Assembly (NCBI GenBank): GCA_050253075.1 | Contig: JBFWJS010000003.1 | Span: 1 to 64,000 of the forward strand | Reading direction: 5' to 3' | Length of the DNA: 64,000 nucleotides | Source of the DNA: Deferribacterales bacterium | GTDB taxonomy: Bacteria; Chrysiogenota; Deferribacteres; Deferribacterales; Geovibrionaceae | Shown: one piece after another, positions 58,918 to 64,000 of the stretch | Position numbering within the stretch: the first letter of the stretch is position 1 | How the letters are laid out: each line of letters opens with the position of its first letter | Notes under the pieces: generated by a model | Told to the model about the DNA's origin: nothing | The model's database searches: none | The model's input: only the letters and a program-made list of their open reading frames with translations | Program-made: the position numbers and the translations under genes

Positions 58918-60966
58918 ATGCACAACAAAATCATTCTTGCTTTTACAATGTTGATAATGCTCTTGGTCTTGGTCGCATGTGGCGGCGGAGGCGGTGGCAG
59001 CAGCAGTACAGCTCCTGTTGTTGATGATGACCAGGCAGATACTGCTCAGGTAACATATGACGGTACTTCTGTCGCAGAAGCCTCAACTGGAACTGACGGC
59101 AGAACAGTCATCACTTCCGGTACATCCGGTAACTCTTACGATATTGCCATAGAGGATAATTCAGGAAATCCTGTTGGTGATATCGATGTTTCTTTTTATG
59201 AGGATGGCGATAACGCTGTCATCTATGTTTCCGATCCTATGGGAGTGTATTCAGACTCTCTCCTGATAGGGACACCAGCCGAACTGGCAACTGTATCAGG
59301 CAGATTTGCCCGTGCGGCCAGCAATGTTCAGCTTGGGGTAACTTTAACTCAGCGTACAGCCTCAACAGTGGGCTTTACTGGTAATGCTTATGATCTGTCT
59401 AACGTTTACATGGGCACTCTGTCTGAAGCTTCCGGTGTCGAATCAGGATGCTATACACCATCAGAGATAGCTGCAACTATCGAAGGTTTATTTACATCTT
59501 CAATGATCAGCAGTAGCTCTATTCTGATTTTTTCAGACAGCACCACGAGTTCTGTAGCCGGAGCTGTCAAAATCAGTTCCAGCACATTGAGCAGCAGCAT
59601 ATCTGATGCTTTAACTGCAAAAATGGAGCATGAGTATTCTGTCGGAAGCGGAGCTCTTGATTCAGAGATATTTCGACTGACATGTTATGTCCCCGACAAT
59701 CATAATCTGTTTGGAGTAGTATGTGAGATCAAACGAGCTTCTTCTGTTTGCGAGGGGACTAACAGCGCACCAGTAATAACCGGTACTCCATCGACAGCAG
59801 TCACTGCAGGCTCGGCGTATAGTTTTATCCCTGCGGCGTCTGATGAAGATGGAGATACGTTGACCTTCAGTATAGTGAATAAGCCTTCATGGGCATCATT
59901 TAGCACTTCCACAGGGGAACTTTCAGGAACACCCGCAGTGAGCGATGCCGGAGTATATTCAGGGATAGTGATCAGTGCTACAGATGGTACAGATAATACT
60001 TCGCTTTCACAGTTCAGTATTACAGTTGCAGCCGGAAACTCTGCTCCTGTTATCATCGGCACTCCTGCTACGGAAGTTACGGCGGGTAATGCATACAGTT
60101 TCACTCCTACAGCCTCAGATGTGGATGATGACACACTGACATTCAGCATAGAAAATAAGCCATCATGGGCTTCTTTCAACGCTGCTACTGGTGCATTAAC
60201 AGGAACTCCAGCCACTTCGGACGAAGGGGCATATACAGGCATCGTAATATCTGTATCTGATGGTTCAGAGACAGCATCTCTTAGCAGTTTTACTATAACT
60301 GTCAGCGTTCTGAATTCTGTTCCGACAATTTCTGGAACTCCAGAAACTACTTTGGCAGAAGGTGCAGCTTACAGTTTCACACCTACTGCAAATGATGCAG
60401 ACGGCGATACCCTTACTTTCAGTATAGAGAACAAACCTACATGGGCATCTTTTGATACAGCTACAGGCGCACTTACTGGCACGCCGAGCTCTTCTGATGC
60501 GGGCACATACAGCTCTATTCTAATAAGTGTAGACGATGGCAATGGCGGAGAAGCATCTCTGGCGGCATTTACAATAACAGTCACAGAACCAGCCATAACA
60601 CTTTATAGAGCTGGAACAACCTTTCTTGATCCAGACTTCATAGCTGTTAGCTGGCCATATAATGTTAATGCTACTGTATCTGCGACTATATTGGGAGTCA
60701 GCTATTATACAATAGGCACTTTTAAACTGTCAGCAGCCGGAGACAGCTTTACAATCAGTTCTCTGTCTGCGGTAGATTTGAATTCTCATGTGGTTCCGTA
60801 CTTTCAGGGGCTGACAGATGGTCAGGTAATAGAGCCTGGGACAGACGTGACATTCAAGCTGCTTTCACCGTTAACAGGCGGCAGCCAGTCAAACCTTAGA
60901 TTCAATTTCACAATTCAGGAGACCGGAGAGACATTCACTTACAATGTCACTCTTCAGACCAACTAA
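58918..60966 (+). CDS. Surface lipoprotein with three putative Ig (He_PIG/cadherin-like) repeats
   Basis: Lipobox LVAC followed by a Gly/Ser linker; three repeats of NS.P.I.GTP...YSF.P.A.D.D.DTLTFSI.NKP.WASF. Confidence 0.85.
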   Translation: MHNKIILAFTMLIMLLVLVACGGGGGGSSSTAPVVDDDQADTAQVTYDGTSVAEASTGTDGRTVITSGTSGNSYDIAIEDNSGNPVGDIDVSFYEDGDNAVIYVSDPMGVYSDSLLIGTPAELATVSGRFARAASNVQLGVTLTQRTASTVGFTGNAYDLSNVYMGTLSEASGVESGCYTPSEIAATIEGLFTSSMISSSSILIFSDSTTSSVAGAVKISSSTLSSSISDALTAKMEHEYSVGSGALDSEIFRLTCYVPDNHNLFGVVCEIKRASSVCEGTNSAPVITGTPSTAVTAGSAYSFIPAASDEDGDTLTFSIVNKPSWASFSTSTGELSGTPAVSDAGVYSGIVISATDGTDNTSLSQFSITVAAGNSAPVIIGTPATEVTAGNAYSFTPTASDVDDDTLTFSIENKPSWASFNAATGALTGTPATSDEGAYTGIVISVSDGSETASLSSFTITVSVLNSVPTISGTPETTLAEGAAYSFTPTANDADGDTLTFSIENKPTWASFDTATGALTGTPSSSDAGTYSSILISVDDGNGGEASLAAFTITVTEPAITLYRAGTTFLDPDFIAVSWPYNVNATVSATILGVSYYTIGTFKLSAAGDSFTISSLSAVDLNSHVVPYFQGLTDGQVIEPGTDVTFKLLSPLTGGSQSNLRFNFTIQETGETFTYNVTLQTN

Positions 60967-60974
60967 ATAAAATC

Positions 60975-61008
60975 TGCCCCTGATACTCAAAATGTCAGGG
61001 GCAATTTT
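60975..61008 (+). terminator. Intrinsic terminator
   Basis: TGCCCCTGA...TCAGGGGCA stem followed by TTTTT. Confidence 0.7.
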
Positions 61009-61098
61009 TATCTTATTTTTCTTAAAATTAATGACTTTAAATGCGTCAAATGAGTGTGGCTAAATTTGCCAGTAGCTACATGTTTTTACGTGGAAATC

Positions 61099-61138
61099 TG
61101 GGTGCATTTTGGGTGCAGACTGGGTGCAACTGCACCCA
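61099..61138. repeat. TGGGTGCA x3 (11-bp period) plus one inverted copy; putative integrase arm-type sites
   Basis: Direct copies at 61099, 61110 and 61121 and an inverted copy at 61131, about 100 bp from the tRNA 3' end. Confidence 0.65.
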
Positions 61139-61234
61139 ATTTCGTCAAATTCTAAACAATTCTGAGCAATAAAAATGAAACAGGGCAACCGTCGTAAATG
61201 ACTGATTGCCCTGTAAAATACTGATAAACTTTAA

Positions 61235-61308
61235 CGCGCCCGTAGGGATTCGAACCCCAAACCTTTTGATCCGTAGTCAAATGCTCTATCCAGTTGAGCT
61301 ACGGGCGC
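61235..61308 (-). tRNA. tRNA-Arg(ACG)
   Basis: GCGCCCGTAGCTCAACTGGATAGAGCATTTGACTACGGATCAAAAGGTTTGGGGTTCGAATCCCTACGGGCGCG folds as a cloverleaf with anticodon ACG; CCA is not encoded. Confidence 0.97.
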
Positions 61309-61372
61309 TGCTCGGATGATTTTTATATAGTATTAAAACACCTTTGTCAACTTCTAAACAAATAAATGTTGC

Positions 61373-62587
61373 TTAAAGGATGTCTTTAAGTTTTATGAAG
61401 TGGTCAATGGCGGATTTTCTCATTTTCAGAAGGTGGTCTTCGCCGAGCGCTATCTGTGATTTGATAAGCACTTCCTGCACTTTATGGGTGATGACGCCTT
61501 CGTCGAAATAGTCGAGCATGTTTGTCGCCATGTAGAGGAGCCTTGTCTCGTTCATGTGTGTGTTCTGCTCGAGGTTGCTGGCGTAAAGGATAGGCTGGTA
61601 ATATTCTTCGGAGAATTTCCACTTTTTCAGAAGCATACCGCTGACCTTTATACCGTTGTTCTTCGCAAGTTTTATATATTCCAGCGGTTTACTGTTTTTC
61701 AGGTCGTCACCGGAGAAATAGTCTGATATGGCTGCATAGATGAATATCTCGCCTATTTTGCTAAGCAGACCGATGGAAAACATCGAAACAGGTGACGCCA
61801 CTTTAAAGCATTCCGCCATGACATAGCATAGACAAGCAGTCTTTATGGAGTCGTCTATCGCTTCGTTTATCTCGTCTGTGAGGGCGAGGTCTGCGTTTGC
61901 AGCGAGGGATTTGTTGATAAAGTTGATGAGGAATACTTTTACGTTTGAAAGTCCGACCCTGATGAGGGCTTTTTCCACATCTTTGATACTGCTGAAAGCA
62001 CCGCTGAAGAAGACGGAGTTCGCCATCTTAAGTATGCCTGAGTGGAGCACGGGGTCTGTCTTTGTCATCTTGTCTATCTGTTTGAAGGAGACTTCGTCCT
62101 CGTCCAGAGCTGCAAGAACAGAAACGGCGCACTCGTTCTTAACAGGGAGTGTGATGCTCCCCTTGAGCAGCATGAATTTTATATATTCAAGGAGCTTTTC
62201 AGGGCTTCGTCCTTTGCTGTCTTCGGCAAGGTAAGGCTTACAAACGTGCATCTTTGTCAGAGTGGAGACAAAGTCCATCGTAACTGCCTTGTGGTTAAAC
62301 GTGATAGTTCTCGGAGACGTGGCGAGCTTGCGTATATCCTCATTCATGCAAATGAGGAAAACATTCTTGCTGTGTTCGTCCACTGTGTTTTTCAGCTTTG
62401 AATAAGCGAGATAATCCTCTCTGGTCTCGAGCACTATAAATATATTTTCAACATCAGGCAGAGCCATAGCGCGCTTCATAGCTATGGATATGGAATTGTA
62501 ATAAGTGTTATCCATATCAAGCATTTCCAGATATGCACTATAGAAAGCAACTACGAGATGGTTCGATCCTGCTACAACACTACTCAT
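61373..62587 (-). CDS. HDOD-domain protein
   Basis: LP...DPVLHSGILKMANS.FF, ALIRVG, IGLLSKIG and LLKKWKF. Confidence 0.85.
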   Translation of the reverse strand: MSSVVAGSNHLVVAFYSAYLEMLDMDNTYYNSISIAMKRAMALPDVENIFIVLETREDYLAYSKLKNTVDEHSKNVFLICMNEDIRKLATSPRTITFNHKAVTMDFVSTLTKMHVCKPYLAEDSKGRSPEKLLEYIKFMLLKGSITLPVKNECAVSVLAALDEDEVSFKQIDKMTKTDPVLHSGILKMANSVFFSGAFSSIKDVEKALIRVGLSNVKVFLINFINKSLAANADLALTDEINEAIDDSIKTACLCYVMAECFKVASPVSMFSIGLLSKIGEIFIYAAISDYFSGDDLKNSKPLEYIKLAKNNGIKVSGMLLKKWKFSEEYYQPILYASNLEQNTHMNETRLLYMATNMLDYFDEGVITHKVQEVLIKSQIALGEDHLLKMRKSAIDHFIKLKDIL

Positions 62588-62766
62588 CTGTTATCCTCTT
62601 TTTTTACTATAGTAAGTTATCATGAGCTTTTCCCGCAATCAAATATTTTATGTGAAAATTATATCTTATTATGTTAATATCCATATGAATATCTTCTTGA
62701 CGACTTGATTTATATAGTGGATAAATGGTTCAATCGTTATGAAAATCTAAAAACAAAAGTGATATT

Positions 62767-63132
62767 ATGAGCAAACTTGAGAACATAAATCTTCTCTACG
62801 TAGAAGACGAAAAGTTTACACGCATGCTTGTCAAAAAGCTGCTTGAAAAAGAGAACATCAATGTACATGAAGCTGCGAACGGTGTTCATGGGCTGAAGAA
62901 GTTCTATGAGATAGGTCCTGATCTCATCGTGACAGACCTCGCCATGCCTGAGATGGACGGCTTCGAAATGATCAGCAAAATACGTGAGAAAAACAGCGAC
63001 ATACCTATCATCATCACCACAGCCTACAGAGAAGAGGCTGAGAGGGTCTGCGATATGGTCAATGACTGTATTTTCAAACCTATTATCAAGGATGACCTTG
63101 TCAAAGCCATCGAGAAAATAGTCGCAGGCTGA
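62767..63132 (+). CDS. Single-domain response regulator (receiver)
   Basis: LYVEDE, DLIVTDLAMPEMDG, ITTA and KP. Confidence 0.93.
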   Translation: MSKLENINLLYVEDEKFTRMLVKKLLEKENINVHEAANGVHGLKKFYEIGPDLIVTDLAMPEMDGFEMISKIREKNSDIPIIITTAYREEAERVCDMVNDCIFKPIIKDDLVKAIEKIVAG

Positions 63133-63226
63133 TATCTCCGGCTGACACGCACTGTGCAGAAGAGCTTGTGTTTTTTTATATTTGTATTAATTTCATAGTA
63201 TAAACATAATTAAAACACAGGTTGCT

Positions 63227-63676
63227 ATGCATAAAGCTAAGTTGTCCTTTATTCTATTTTTCCTATTGCCCGTGATAGCCTATGCAGGTGCTTATGACCT
63301 GTCTGAGCTGAAGTTCCGCTATTTCCGAAATTTGTTCCCCCCTGCAAACCACATGCTCCCCTCCACTGCGGATTATAAATTTAACGGTGAATGGGTCCGC
63401 CGCAAAGGTAATACAAGAGAAGATTATAATATCAAAGTAAAAACCTATGTCTATCAGTCTAATACGCATCATCTCGTATTTGTGAAGTTTAAACGCCACG
63501 GCATGCCTTTCTGCTGGTGGTTTTCAAAAGATACAGAGGGACGCCCGCCGAAAGGCTGGATAGAAGGTGCCTGCGACGTGGATAACGACGGTATATACGA
63601 AAGCGTATGGGACATGAACGGGTGCGACACGATTAAATACAAATTCTGTGATTATTGGAACTGTGATAGTTATTAA
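63227..63676 (+). CDS. Hypothetical exported protein
   Basis: Signal peptide (AYA); DVDNDGIYE EF-hand-like loop. Confidence 0.6.
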   Translation: MHKAKLSFILFFLLPVIAYAGAYDLSELKFRYFRNLFPPANHMLPSTADYKFNGEWVRRKGNTREDYNIKVKTYVYQSNTHHLVFVKFKRHGMPFCWWFSKDTEGRPPKGWIEGACDVDNDGIYESVWDMNGCDTIKYKFCDYWNCDSY

Positions 63677-63740
63677 CTTGAATACTGGTTTTTGCTAGTT
63701 TAATATTAATAAACAAACAGCCAATTATTTACAGGATGCC

Positions 63741-64000
63741 ATGCAAATTTGGGAAAGAAAATTCAGCCGATACTACTTTCTGACAACTTTTACCATCATC
63801 TTCCTGATAATCCTCGGGACAGGGTCTTATCTGGTTCTCGGGAAATATAAGCAGTTCAAAGACTACGCCCTAAACGACAAAATCAACGACATCGAAAACA
63901 AAAAGCTCCTGATGCAGGATATCGTAGAAAGCTATATCAATCAGGCAAACCAGATAATAGCCAGCTCTGAACAGACTCTGGACAGGAAAATTGTCAACAG
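63741..64000 (+). CDS. Membrane sensor-like protein, N-terminus (partial)
   Basis: Open frame MQIWERKFSRYYFLTTFTIIFLIILGTG... running to the window end; TM helix followed by a helical extracytoplasmic region. Confidence 0.5.
   Translation, partial: MQIWERKFSRYYFLTTFTIIFLIILGTGSYLVLGKYKQFKDYALNDKINDIENKKLLMQDIVESYINQANQIIASSEQTLDRKIVN

Larger units (their letters stand above)
1..61250. mobile_element. F-type integrative conjugative element (partial; left end outside window) integrated at the 3' end of tRNA-Arg
   Basis: F-type tra gene set, T4CP, HD relaxase, ssb, ardC and parM are present. The region abuts a tRNA 3' end with arm-like repeats at 61099-61138, and housekeeping-type signalling genes lie beyond the tRNA. 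No integrase is seen in the window. Confidence 0.85.

Noticed and set aside
61373..64000. HDOD, response regulator and sensor-like genes as ICE cargo
   Set aside because: They lie on the 5' side of the tRNA, outside the inferred attachment site, and look like ordinary chromosomal genes.

Overview
Positions 1 to ~61250 are most of an F-type (MPF-F) integrative conjugative element sitting at the 3' end of tRNA-Arg(ACG) (61235-61308, minus strand). Chromosomal signalling genes follow to the right. No integrase is visible, so it probably lies beyond the left edge. The backbone comprises parM/parR, traALEKBVC-W-U-F, traH-traG, a split traN, trbC, an S26 peptidase, an HD-domain (MOBH-like) relaxase, traD, ssb, ardC and a truncated NusA paralogue. 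Cargo includes an IS21-family end, hipBA, a GAPDH/oxyanion-sensor/TauE module, a WYL regulator beside a five-gene DUF499-PglZ-DUF1156-SNF2 (BREX-related) locus, a degenerate SIR2-STAND protein paired with a HEPN-like gene, and an Ig-repeat lipoprotein. The most striking feature is not in the ORF track: a circularly permuted group II intron on the minus strand (~1615 to 620), with DV-DVI placed before a 35-nt exon and DI-DIII after it. Long-range end pairing closes it, and a divergently encoded, catalytically dead RT/maturase-like protein lies next to it. All protein calls come from motif recognition by eye, with no database searches.
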